Assembly: GCA_036561525.1 (NCBI GenBank)
Contig: DATBPD010000079.1
Coordinates: forward strand, 405 to 64,404
Reading direction: 5' to 3'
Length of the DNA: 64,000 nt
From: Candidatus Dormiibacterota bacterium
Lineage (GTDB): Bacteria; Chloroflexota; Dormibacteria; Aeolococcales; Aeolococcaceae
In this document: in pieces, positions 1 through 7,785 of the stretch
How the letters are laid out: each line of letters opens with the position of its first letter
How positions within the stretch are numbered: position 1 is the stretch's first letter
Made by a program: the position numbers and the translations under genes
The notes under the pieces: generated by a model
Told to the model about the DNA's origin: nothing
Databases searched by the model: none
The model's input: the letters and a program-made list of their open reading frames with translations, nothing else

Positions 1-491
1 GACACCACCTGGAGGTTGACCGGGGTGTCGGCGGGGACGTACAGCGTGGTGACGCTCTGCACGTCGTTGCCCTTGGTGTTGTGCTGGCCGACGTAGTCGA
101 AGGACCAGCTGAACTGAACCCCGATGACCGTCACCTGCATCACCGGCTGGCTGGTGGTGCTGGCCGGAGCGTCGTTGATGAATCCCATCTGCGACACGGT
201 CAGCCCGAACAGCGACATGAAGACCGCCAGCGGAACCGCGGTCCAGAACAGCTCGAGGCGGGTGTTGCCGTGGAACTGCACCGGCTCCTCGTCGTCGCGC
301 TTGCGCCGGAAGCGGAACATGCTGTACAGGAGCAGGGCAGCGGTGAGCCCGCCGAGCACGATTGAGGCAATCATCACCCAGTTGAAGACGAAATGCTCGC
401 TGTCGGCCACGGGGCCACCGGGATGGAACGACGAGGAGTCGACGATCGTGGTGGCGAGTGGGTTCACCGGTACCGGCTCTCCGCTTTCCAT
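1..491 (-). CDS. coxB: cytochrome c oxidase subunit II, N-terminal part (3' end lies beyond the left window edge)
   Basis: Absent from the ORF track because the frame is open to the window edge. Minus-strand translation from ATG 491-489 gives MESGEPVPV...FVFNWVMIASIVLGGLTAALLLY (TM1)...QFHGNTRLELFWTAVPLAVFMSLFGL (TM2)...VTVIGVQFSWSFDY. This matches subunit II topology and the start of the cupredoxin domain. Confidence 0.8.
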   Translation of the reverse strand, partial: MESGEPVPVNPLATTIVDSSSFHPGGPVADSEHFVFNWVMIASIVLGGLTAALLLYSMFRFRRKRDDEEPVQFHGNTRLELFWTAVPLAVFMSLFGLTVSQMGFINDAPASTTSQPVMQVTVIGVQFSWSFDYVGQHNTKGNDVQSVTTLYVPADTPVNLQVV

Positions 492-645
492 CGGTTGGCG
501 ACAACAACGCGCGATGCCCCCGTCCCGGTGGACGGCGGGCGGTCCGTCATCAGACGGTGCCGCGGGCGGCCCTGGCCATCGCCGCGAACCCGACCGGGAA
601 GGATGATCGCATAGGCATCCCGCAGGCGGCAAACCGGCTCGATGG

Positions 646-834
646 TCATTTCTGCCACGGCAGCGTGGTAGTCCGGATCTGCCGCTTGACCAACTCCGTG
701 ATCTCGACATTGGTGAGGGCGGCCTGATCCCACTCGCCGCGGTTGCTCGGCGGCTTGGCGGGATCGGGCAGCTGCTCGCGGCTGGTTCCGCCGGCCGGCG
801 GCCGCATCGCTCGCAGACGCTCGATCAGTCCCAC
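646..834 (-). CDS. hypothetical small soluble protein (62 aa) between the bc-complex genes and coxB
   Basis: GTG start 12 nt after the upstream stop. About 85% GC3 by hand count. Co-directional with its neighbours. No recognisable domain. Confidence 0.45.
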   Translation of the reverse strand: MGLIERLRAMRPPAGGTSREQLPDPAKPPSNRGEWDQAALTNVEITELVKRQIRTTTLPWQK

Positions 835-846
835 GTGGTCAGGCCC

Positions 847-1227
847 TCACAGGTGGAAGAACCACCAGCGGTTGTCAGCGCCGGGCACACCCGCGCTGAG
901 CTCGCGTGCGCTGTACCGGGCGTCCACCACCGCACTTGCCCAGAAGTAGAGGCCGAGTACGAACGCGAGCAGGAAGAGCAGGACCGAACCCAGCGCCATC
1001 AGGAGAAATGTCGCGAAGGACTGATGCTGGAGAAGGCTCGAGCCGATGCGCTCGCCGAAGGTGATCAGCAGAACGGCTGGCCCGATGGTGAACAGGGTGG
1101 CCAATCCGTAGAACAGCGCCTTGCGGGGCTGTCCGTTGTAGAGCTGCCCGGCGCCGGGCACGATTGACAGGCCGGCCGCGATCCGCCAGTCACGGCGGCG
1201 CACCGCGGCCACTGCGCTCACCACCAC
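847..1227 (-). CDS. membrane protein (126 aa, 2-3 TM)
   Basis: Hydrophobic helices ALFYGLATLFTIGPAVLLITF and FATFLLMALGSVLLFLLAFVLGLYFW, plus a PGAGQLYNGQ motif. GTG start 4 nt after the upstream small-ORF stop. Confidence 0.6.
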   Translation of the reverse strand: MVVSAVAAVRRRDWRIAAGLSIVPGAGQLYNGQPRKALFYGLATLFTIGPAVLLITFGERIGSSLLQHQSFATFLLMALGSVLLFLLAFVLGLYFWASAVVDARYSARELSAGVPGADNRWWFFHL

Positions 1228-1231
1228 CTCG

Positions 1232-1375
1232 TCAGCGTGTGAAGAATGAGCGGTAGCAGTAATAGGCTGCGAGGACCAGCGACGTGAGCGCCCAGATGCC
1301 CACGAAGATGACGTCGCCCCAGCCTGCGTCCCCCGGGTCCAGGTCGGCGAGCATCGCGTGAATGGGCGAGATCAT
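1232..1375 (-). CDS. small single-TM protein (47 aa), not in the ORF track
   Basis: Hand translation: MISPIHAMLADLDPGDAGWGDVIFVGIWALTSLVLAAYYCYRSFFTR. ATG lies 1 nt after the upstream TGA. About 87% GC3 by hand count. Sits inside the respiratory cluster. Confidence 0.55.
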   Translation of the reverse strand: MISPIHAMLADLDPGDAGWGDVIFVGIWALTSLVLAAYYCYRSFFTR

Positions 1376-1376
1376 C

Positions 1377-1499
1377 TCAGTGCGACTTGAAGTTCTCGAG
1401 GAAGTGCTCGAGCAGGACGATGATCACGCACACGCCGATCAGCACTATGAACATGAACACTGTGCCCAGCAGGTCGCGTGCGAAGGTGCGTCGTTTCAT
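1377..1499 (-). CDS. small single-TM protein (40 aa), not in the ORF track
   Basis: Hand translation: MKRRTFARDLLGTVFMFIVLIGVCVIIVLLEHFLENFKSH. ATG lies 10 nt after the cytochrome c stop. About 87% GC3 by hand count. Confidence 0.55.
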   Translation of the reverse strand: MKRRTFARDLLGTVFMFIVLIGVCVIIVLLEHFLENFKSH

Positions 1500-1509
1500 G
1501 GCTGTGACC

Positions 1510-2532
1510 CTAGGGCAGGGTTGTGTAGTTCTCCCAGTGGCGGATGAACTGGATGAGCACCTGGATCTGATCCTCGCTGAGCACGCGGCTGCCCGGCTTC
1601 TGCTTGTCGCGCGCAGGATCGTAGGTGAAGTCGGGGGCGGTTGAACCCCAGTTGGGCATGATGCTGCCGATGTGCTCGAAGTCGGTGAAGCCGTACTCGA
1701 TGCAACGGTAGTAGTAGTCCTCGTTGAAGTAACCGAGGCGGTCCTGGTTGTTCAACGGCGGCCCCTTGCCACCGCCACCCTGAACGCCGTGACAGGTCAC
1801 GCAGTAGGTGTAGTAGAGCTGCGCGCCGGCGGTGAAGTCGTACTCCGGGTTGACGATCAGGTTCTGGTGGGCCCCGGTCGGGCTCAGGTCGAGCGCCAGG
1901 CGGCCGCCGTTGTGGCAGATGATGCAGCCCACCTGGTCGATGCCGATCTTCTGCGCCGACGGCTTGGAGTTGGGGTCGACGATCTTCGGATCAACTGACG
2001 CGGGCAGCGGGCCGGGCAGCACCGTGGTGGAGTCGATCTGGTACCCCTGCTTGGCGTTGGTGGTGGTCCCGGTGACCTTGAACGGCTGGAAGCCGGTGCC
2101 GGTCAACCCGTAGATGGAGTAGTCCATGGCCGGGGCGAATCCCTTGCCGGTGGAGCTGGCGACGCTGGGACCGTTGGCGATGTACGCCGGGTGGACCCCG
2201 GTGAGGTGGTTCTGGTTGACCATCCCCTGCGCGTTGGGCTCGTACTTCATGAAGTCCTGCGCCAGGCGCTGCGCGGCCAGCTCCGGACCGATGGTGCCGA
2301 TGTCGGGCACGTGGCACGAGATGCAGCGCTCGACACGGAACGTGTCACCGCGCTTGGCATCGGCGAACGTGGGAAAGATCTGCTGGATCTGGATGTTGAA
2401 GCCGCTGTCGTTGTAGTCGGACTGGTAGCGCTGCTGGATCGACAGGTAGTCGCGATCCACGCTGTCGCGCACCGCGGCAACGCCCACAAGCGCGATCAGG
2501 AGTGCCGCCAGGGCGACGAACAGCCACCTCAT
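1510..2532 (-). CDS. membrane-anchored tri-haem cytochrome c associated with the bc-type complex
   Basis: 340 aa with an N-terminal TM anchor (WLFVALAALLIALVGVAAV). Three CxxCH haem motifs: CISCH, CIICH, CVTCH. The ATG overlaps the subunit IV stop (ATGA). Confidence 0.85.
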   Translation of the reverse strand: MRWLFVALAALLIALVGVAAVRDSVDRDYLSIQQRYQSDYNDSGFNIQIQQIFPTFADAKRGDTFRVERCISCHVPDIGTIGPELAAQRLAQDFMKYEPNAQGMVNQNHLTGVHPAYIANGPSVASSTGKGFAPAMDYSIYGLTGTGFQPFKVTGTTTNAKQGYQIDSTTVLPGPLPASVDPKIVDPNSKPSAQKIGIDQVGCIICHNGGRLALDLSPTGAHQNLIVNPEYDFTAGAQLYYTYCVTCHGVQGGGGKGPPLNNQDRLGYFNEDYYYRCIEYGFTDFEHIGSIMPNWGSTAPDFTYDPARDKQKPGSRVLSEDQIQVLIQFIRHWENYTTLP

Positions 2533-3116
2533 ACCGCCGGCTTGACCCCGGGGTGGCCAAGGATGCGAGTCCAGTCCCAGTTGAACGCCAGCCCGCGGAA
2601 GAACACCCCGATCACCACGAATGACACGGCCAGGCAGAGATAGATGGTGAACAGGGCGATCGCCACCTTGCGGTCCTGGGGGCGGCGGCTCGGGTTGCGG
2701 TCAAGGTAGGGCGTGAGGATCATGAAGATGATCACGAAGCTCGGGAAGGCGACGCCTGCCATGACCGGCGGGAACCGTTCGAGGAGCTCCTGGAGGCCCA
2801 GGAAGTACCACGGGGCCTTGGCCGGGTTGGGAGTGATCGCCGTGTTGGCTCGCTGCAGCAGCGGGGCGTTGACCTGGATCGACACGGCGAGCAGGAAGAT
2901 GAAGGCGGCGAGGCCGGCCAGGAACTCCTTCCAGACCAGGGCCGGGAAGGTGACCACGGTCTCCTCCTCCTCGCGGCGGCGAACCACCAGCGGGGTGGCG
3001 GCAAGCTCCGGGCCGGTTCCGCGTGGTCGCGGGGTGCGAACCGGCACGGCCCTGCGGGTGGGCAGGGGCGGCGGTTCTCCGCTGCCACCAGGGGTGCCGC
3101 CGATCACGGTCGCCAT
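2529..3116 (-). CDS. cytochrome b6f-type subunit IV (cytochrome b C-terminal domain)
   Basis: 195 aa with the PNPAKAPWYFLGLQELL motif and three TM helices. Pro/Arg-rich N-terminal extension. Starts 3 nt after the cytochrome b6 stop. Confidence 0.85.
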   Translation of the reverse strand: MATVIGGTPGGSGEPPPLPTRRAVPVRTPRPRGTGPELAATPLVVRRREEEETVVTFPALVWKEFLAGLAAFIFLLAVSIQVNAPLLQRANTAITPNPAKAPWYFLGLQELLERFPPVMAGVAFPSFVIIFMILTPYLDRNPSRRPQDRKVAIALFTIYLCLAVSFVVIGVFFRGLAFNWDWTRILGHPGVKPAV

Positions 3117-3119
3117 CGC

Positions 3120-3851
3120 TCAGAGGCCTCCTGTGAACCCGTCTTTGCGCACGCGCCAGAAGTGTATGACCATCAGGATGAACCCGATGAGGGGCAGGGC
3201 GACGACATGTAAGACATAGAAGCGTATGAGCGCGCCCTGACCCACGTTGCGGCCGCCGAGCAACAGGTAGCGGGTGTAGGGCCCCGCGATCGGCGCGTAC
3301 TTGGCCATGTTGGTGCCGACCGTGATCGCCCAGACCGCGAGCTGGTCCCACGGCAGCAGATAGCCAGAGAAGGAAAGCAGCAGCGTGGTCAGGAGGAGCA
3401 GCGTGCCGATCCCCCAGTTGAACTCCCGGGGTGGCTTGTACGCTCCCTGGTAGAAGACGCGGGCCATATGCAGCCAGACGGTGACCACCATCCCGTGGGC
3501 GGCCCAGCGGTGGAGGTTGCGGATCACCAGGCCGAACGTGGCGACGAACTGCAGGTCCTTGATGTTCTGGTAGGCCTGGTCCACTGAGGGTATGTAATAG
3601 AACATCAGGAAGAGCCCGCTGATGGTCAGCAGGATGAACAGGAAGAAGGAGAGGCCGCCGAGGCACAGCGTGTAGCTCACCCGGATCGCCGACTTCTTCA
3701 CGCGCACCGGGTGGATGTGCAGGAAAAAGTTGGTCAGCGCCGTGCGGGCGGCCACCTTGTCGGTGGTGGGCAGCCCGTGCCGGAAGATCGAGCCCCACAC
3801 CTGGGACGCGAACGCGCGCAGTGGATTGCCCTCGGTCGGACGAGCGCTCAC
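3120..3851 (-). CDS. qcrB: cytochrome b6-type cytochrome b (N-terminal domain protein)
   Basis: 243 aa. Haem-ligand His pairs are NLH-x13-H (helix B) and VLH-x14-H (helix D). This 14/15 spacing is typical of b6-type rather than long cytochrome b proteins. Confidence 0.9.
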   Translation of the reverse strand: MSARPTEGNPLRAFASQVWGSIFRHGLPTTDKVAARTALTNFFLHIHPVRVKKSAIRVSYTLCLGGLSFFLFILLTISGLFLMFYYIPSVDQAYQNIKDLQFVATFGLVIRNLHRWAAHGMVVTVWLHMARVFYQGAYKPPREFNWGIGTLLLLTTLLLSFSGYLLPWDQLAVWAITVGTNMAKYAPIAGPYTRYLLLGGRNVGQGALIRFYVLHVVALPLIGFILMVIHFWRVRKDGFTGGL

Positions 3852-3890
3852 CGCACCTCCCCCATCGGTCCGTTCTCTCCCATCTCCGTC

Positions 3891-4553
3891 CTACACCCCG
3901 ATCGTCTGGTCGTTGCTCTTGCCGGTCTTCGGGTCAAGGCGCCAGGTGGGGACGCTGCTGTCGCCGGCCTGGCGGTAGACGGTGATGTCCCCCCGGTTGA
4001 CGACGAAGTGCTTGTCCGGTGCGAGCTGGATGTTCACCCAGTCCATCGGCCTCGGCGCCGGCCCGTAAAAATTCGTCGAGTCGATGTAGTAACGGCTGCC
4101 GTGGCACGGGCACGCCCAGCCGTTGCGACTCGAGATGGCGCCGGCCTCGGCGCTGTAGTGCCGGGCGACGACGGTCGACTTGTCGTCGACGCCGGTTCCG
4201 TTGGTGACGTCGCTGACGTAGTTGGGTGTGCACCCCAGGTGGGTGCACACCAGGTAGACGGCGTAGATCCCGGTCGAGTCCAGCACGACGGTGACCCGGT
4301 TGGCAGTCTCGCTGAGGACGTTGACCTTGAGGGTGCCGTTGCCGGTCAGGTCGTCGACTGTGAAGCCCGTCTTGAACTCAGGCGGCGACTCGAGGGTGGC
4401 CGCAGGGAACATGAACTTCAACAGCTCGATGCCGCCGAACAGGGTGGCGCCGACCGCTCCGACTGTGCCGACCAGCAACAGGAATTGCCGGCGCGTCGTC
4501 TCGACGCGCGAGCGCATCCTGCCGCGGGGCGAGTCGTACGGGTTCAGCGCCAT
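3891..4553 (-). CDS. qcrA: Rieske 2Fe-2S subunit of the bc-type complex
   Basis: 220 aa with a twin-arginine signal (TRRQFLLLVG). Rieske boxes CTHLGC and CPCHGS. GAGG Shine-Dalgarno sequence upstream of the ATG. Confidence 0.9.
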   Translation of the reverse strand: MALNPYDSPRGRMRSRVETTRRQFLLLVGTVGAVGATLFGGIELLKFMFPAATLESPPEFKTGFTVDDLTGNGTLKVNVLSETANRVTVVLDSTGIYAVYLVCTHLGCTPNYVSDVTNGTGVDDKSTVVARHYSAEAGAISSRNGWACPCHGSRYYIDSTNFYGPAPRPMDWVNIQLAPDKHFVVNRGDITVYRQAGDSSVPTWRLDPKTGKSNDQTIGV

Positions 4554-4589
4554 GAGAGCCTCAAGACGGGGAGAACGGCGACTGGCTTG

Positions 4590-4595
4590 ATTCTA
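4590..4595 (-). promoter_or_regulatory. candidate -10 hexamer TAGAAT upstream of the Rieske gene
   Basis: The minus strand reads TAGAAT, 36 nt upstream of the Rieske ATG. No convincing -35 element seen. Confidence 0.3.
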
Positions 4596-4620
4596 GCGGC
4601 GGCCGCGCAGCCCACTGCCG

Positions 4621-4758
4621 TCACACGAACGGGTTGTTGGACGGTGGCGTGATGATGTTGGCGAAGACGATGGTCGAGATCATGATCACCACGAAGGCGA
4701 CGATGATGACCAGGCATCCCAAGTCCGAACGGAGGGCGAGGATGAAGCGTTCGACCAT
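4621..4758 (-). CDS. small single-TM protein (45 aa) at the head of the bc cluster
   Basis: Internal ATG of track ORF 4621..4893. Sequence: MVERFILALRSDLGCLVIIVAFVVIMISTIVFANIITPPSNNPFV. About 91% GC3 by hand count. GGGAAG Shine-Dalgarno-like sequence directly upstream. The upstream part of the track ORF is Arg/Trp-rich and not protein-like. Confidence 0.55.
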   Translation of the reverse strand: MVERFILALRSDLGCLVIIVAFVVIMISTIVFANIITPPSNNPFV

Positions 4759-4764
4759 TTCTTC

Positions 4765-4788
4765 CCAACACAGCCGCCAACACAGCCG
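4765..4788. repeat. perfect 12-bp tandem direct repeat CCAACACAGCCG x2
   Basis: Read directly from the sequence: 4765-4776 equals 4777-4788. Lies 7 nt upstream of the 45-aa ORF start, in the divergent intergenic region. Confidence 0.9.
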
Positions 4789-4891
4789 GCCCCCGGCGGG
4801 ACGGCGCACAGGATAAGCGACGGTCGCGCCCGCATGCCTTTGGCGGCGAAGGCCGGCGGGCAGCCACCACCCTGCTACCGTCAGCGCCGCC

Positions 4892-5392
4892 ATGAGTGAC
4901 TGGCGGACCCTCGAGGTCTACTCCACCTTCATCAAGGTGACCGGCGAGTTGGAGACCGTGCGTCCCGACCGAGTCAGTGACGCCATCAATCGATTTGGCG
5001 AATACCTGCAGTTGCGCAACGCACGGGCCGAGCCGATGTCGGGCAGCTACCCGATCCTCGGTCGCGGCGAGCGGCTGGTGACGGTGACCAAGGCCGCCAC
5101 CGCGCTGATCTGCCCCGTCGATGACGCGGGAGATGGCAACCCTGCGCTCTGGCGTGAGAAGGTGGCCACGCCCGCGGCCATCAACACCCAGGCGTTCTCT
5201 CTCATGGGGGACGTGCACCTCGAGCCGAGGCACAGTCTCCAGGACCAGCTCGAACGATTCCCCGGCGACTTCATCGCGGTCACCAACGTCTCGGCGTTGT
5301 GGATCACCGCCATGGACTCAGAGACGCATACCCTGCTGCGCCCGTTCGCCCTGCTCAACCCCGCCGCGATGCTCAGCTTCGCTGTGCGCTGA
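4892..5392 (+). CDS. hypothetical protein with two internal ~70-aa repeats
   Basis: 166 aa. Residues 13-46 and 101-132 align. The shared pattern is F-x-x-x-G-[ED]-[LV], then R-x-x-[VL]-[SQ]-D-x-[IL]-[NE]-R-F-x-G-[ED]-[YF]-[LI]-x-[LV]-x-N-[AV]. No family recognised. Confidence 0.6.
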   Translation: MSDWRTLEVYSTFIKVTGELETVRPDRVSDAINRFGEYLQLRNARAEPMSGSYPILGRGERLVTVTKAATALICPVDDAGDGNPALWREKVATPAAINTQAFSLMGDVHLEPRHSLQDQLERFPGDFIAVTNVSALWITAMDSETHTLLRPFALLNPAAMLSFAVR

Positions 5393-5395
5393 GGG

Positions 5396-5821
5396 TCAGA
5401 TCACCACGGTCTGTCGCGCCGCCTTCTTGCGGCGGGCGGTCTCGATGGCGCCGACCAGCATGCACATCACGGCGACGCCGGCGAAGCCGATCCCGATGAA
5501 CACCCGGATCGCCCGCGTCCCCACGGCAAGGTAGGTGCCGCTGTCGTCGAGGAATGTCTTCTCGGCCGGGGCTCCCCAGACGGTGGAGATGAAGGAGATC
5601 ATCACCAGCAGCGAGGCGATGAAGTACCAGATGGCCGCCGGGTTCGGCCGTCCGGAGCGCGGACGCGCCGCGAAGTAGAACGCGGCCAGCGATGCCACCT
5701 CGAGCATCACGTACCCATTGAAGAGGATGAAGGTCAGCCAGAAGCTGAGAATCTGCGCGCCCGTCAGACCGGCGAAGCCGTTGATCGCGAACGCGCTGCC
5801 GGTGCTGGCGACGAGGTGCAT
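5396..5821 (-). CDS. membrane protein (141 aa, about 4 TM)
   Basis: Internal ATG at 5821 of track ORF 5396..6103. The region upstream of it is Arg/Gly-rich and non-protein-like, and it overlaps the fabH 5' end. Hydrophobic helices run throughout the retained part. Confidence 0.6.
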   Translation of the reverse strand: MHLVASTGSAFAINGFAGLTGAQILSFWLTFILFNGYVMLEVASLAAFYFAARPRSGRPNPAAIWYFIASLLVMISFISTVWGAPAEKTFLDDSGTYLAVGTRAIRVFIGIGFAGVAVMCMLVGAIETARRKKAARQTVVI

Positions 5822-5911
5822 CGGCCGAAAAGATACAACGTCGGCCTCCGCAGCGGCTGAGCGGCGGTGTCCCCGTAACGCCACACCGACGGGTAGGCTT
5901 GTACACGCACG

Positions 5912-6937
5912 ATGCCCACCGCCCCACTGTCCCAAGCCACGATCGACGCGGCGGCGACGGGCGGACCGGCCGCGCCGGTTGCCCAGATCCTCTCGCTCGG
6001 CTCGTACATCCCCGCCGGGGTGCTGACCAATGCTGACATGGAGGCGATGGTCGAGACCTCCGACACCTGGATCATGGAGCGCACCGGGATCCGTGAGCGC
6101 CATCGGGTCGCCCCGGGCGAGACCCCGTCGTCGATGGGCGCCCGCGCGGCCGCCGATGCCCTCCTCGCGGCGGGCAACCCGGTGCCCGACGCGATCATCG
6201 TGGCCACCTGCAGCGCTGAGACGAGGCTGCCCTCGACCGCCTGTCTCATCCAGCGGCGTCTGGGCCTGGCCGGCATGGCCGCGTTCGACATCAACGCCGC
6301 GTGTTCGGGATTCATCTATGCGCTCTCCATCGCGGACGCGATGATCCGCGCGCGCTCAGTCCGGACGGTTCTTGTGGTCGCGTCTGAAGCGCTGACCACG
6401 ATGGTCGATTACACGGACCGGAGCACCTGCGTCCTGTTCGGCGATGGTGCTGCGGCTGCGGTCGTCGGTGCCGGGCAGGGCGGCGGGATTCGCGCTGTCC
6501 GGATGGCCGCGGACGGAGCGGACGCCGAGCTCATCTACTACGGCACCCGACCGGGCGAGGAGGGCGGCGCGGAGGCGATCCGCATGGCCGGGCGAGGCAC
6601 GTTCCGCTCGGCGGTGGAGCGGCTGGCCGACATCGCCCTGAAGGTGTGCGCAGACGCGGGGTGGAGAGGCGACGAGGTGGACTGGTTCATCCCCCACCAG
6701 GCCAACCTGCGGATCATCGAGGCTGCCGCCAAGCGGGTGGGTGTACCCATGGACAGGGTGATCGTCAACGTCGACCGTGTGGGCAACACCAGCGCCGCGT
6801 CCATTCCCATCGCGCTCCACGAGGCCGACGCTGCCGGTCGGTTGAAGCCCGGCCAGCGCATCGTCAGCGTCGCCTTCGGCAGCGGCATCACCTGGGGCGG
6901 CATGGCCCTCGAATGGACCGGCACCCCAACCAGGTGA
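5912..6937 (+). CDS. fabH: 3-oxoacyl-ACP synthase III
   Basis: 341 aa. Motifs: TSDTWIMERTGIRERH, active-site Cys context DINAACSGF, HQANLRI, GNTSAASIP. Roughly 20-aa N-terminal extension, with no alternative start seen. Confidence 0.9.
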   Translation: MPTAPLSQATIDAAATGGPAAPVAQILSLGSYIPAGVLTNADMEAMVETSDTWIMERTGIRERHRVAPGETPSSMGARAAADALLAAGNPVPDAIIVATCSAETRLPSTACLIQRRLGLAGMAAFDINAACSGFIYALSIADAMIRARSVRTVLVVASEALTTMVDYTDRSTCVLFGDGAAAAVVGAGQGGGIRAVRMAADGADAELIYYGTRPGEEGGAEAIRMAGRGTFRSAVERLADIALKVCADAGWRGDEVDWFIPHQANLRIIEAAAKRVGVPMDRVIVNVDRVGNTSAASIPIALHEADAAGRLKPGQRIVSVAFGSGITWGGMALEWTGTPTR

Positions 6938-7785
6938 TGCGGCGGCGCGACGTCGCCCGCCCGCTGGCCGCTCCCGGTCCCAAGCTGCGGCCCGTGGCCC
7001 CTGCCGGTACGGTCGAGTGCCGTGGCTGCGGCCGGCGCTTCGGCGAGGCCAGGTTCGAGAAGCACCTGAGGGTCTGTCCAGATTGCGGCCGCCATGCCGT
7101 CGTCCCGGCGATGACCCGCATCACCCAGCTCGCCGACGCGGGCAGCCTCGACGTGGTCCGTATGGAGATCCCCGACCGCGATCCCCTCCGCTTCGACGAC
7201 GGTGTGCCGTACCCGTCGCGCGTGGCCGAGGCGCGAGCGCGAACCCGGCTCGACGAGACCTTTGCTGTGGCCCGCGCCGCCGTCGGCGCCGTCCCGGTGG
7301 TGCTCGCCTGCATGGATTTCGGCTTCCTCGGCGGATCGCTCGGCAGCGCAGCCGGCGAGCAGTTCGCACGGGCGTGCGACCTCGCGGTGGCCGAGAAGCG
7401 CGGCCTGGTGGCGGTCTGCACATCGGGTGGAGCGCGGATGCAGGAGGGGATCGCGTCGCTGGCCCAGATGGCGCGCTGCTCAGCGGGCGTCGTCGGCGTC
7501 GCCCATGCCGGGGTGCCGTACATCTCGGTGCTCGCCGATCCGTGCTTTGGCGGGGTGACGGCGTCCTTCGCGGTCCAGGCCGACGCGATCCTCGCCGAGC
7601 CACATGCCCGCATCGGCTTCGCGGGTGGACGGGTCATCGAGCAGGCCACCTACGACCGGCTGCCCGAGGGCTTCCAGACATCCGAGTTCCTGCTCGCTCA
7701 TGGCATGGTCGACGCCGTTGTCGAGCGCGCCGCTCTTCGCGAGACTGTGGCGCGGCTGTTGGTGGCGTTCTCGGGGCGCCGATGA
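6937..7785 (+). CDS. accD: acetyl-CoA carboxylase carboxyltransferase beta subunit
   Basis: The ATG overlaps the fabH TGA (TGATG). C4 zinc ribbon CRGCG-x15-CPDC. Carboxyltransferase motif MDFGFLGGSLG. The upstream part of track ORF 6646..7785 overlaps fabH. Confidence 0.85.
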   Translation: MRRRDVARPLAAPGPKLRPVAPAGTVECRGCGRRFGEARFEKHLRVCPDCGRHAVVPAMTRITQLADAGSLDVVRMEIPDRDPLRFDDGVPYPSRVAEARARTRLDETFAVARAAVGAVPVVLACMDFGFLGGSLGSAAGEQFARACDLAVAEKRGLVAVCTSGGARMQEGIASLAQMARCSAGVVGVAHAGVPYISVLADPCFGGVTASFAVQADAILAEPHARIGFAGGRVIEQATYDRLPEGFQTSEFLLAHGMVDAVVERAALRETVARLLVAFSGRR

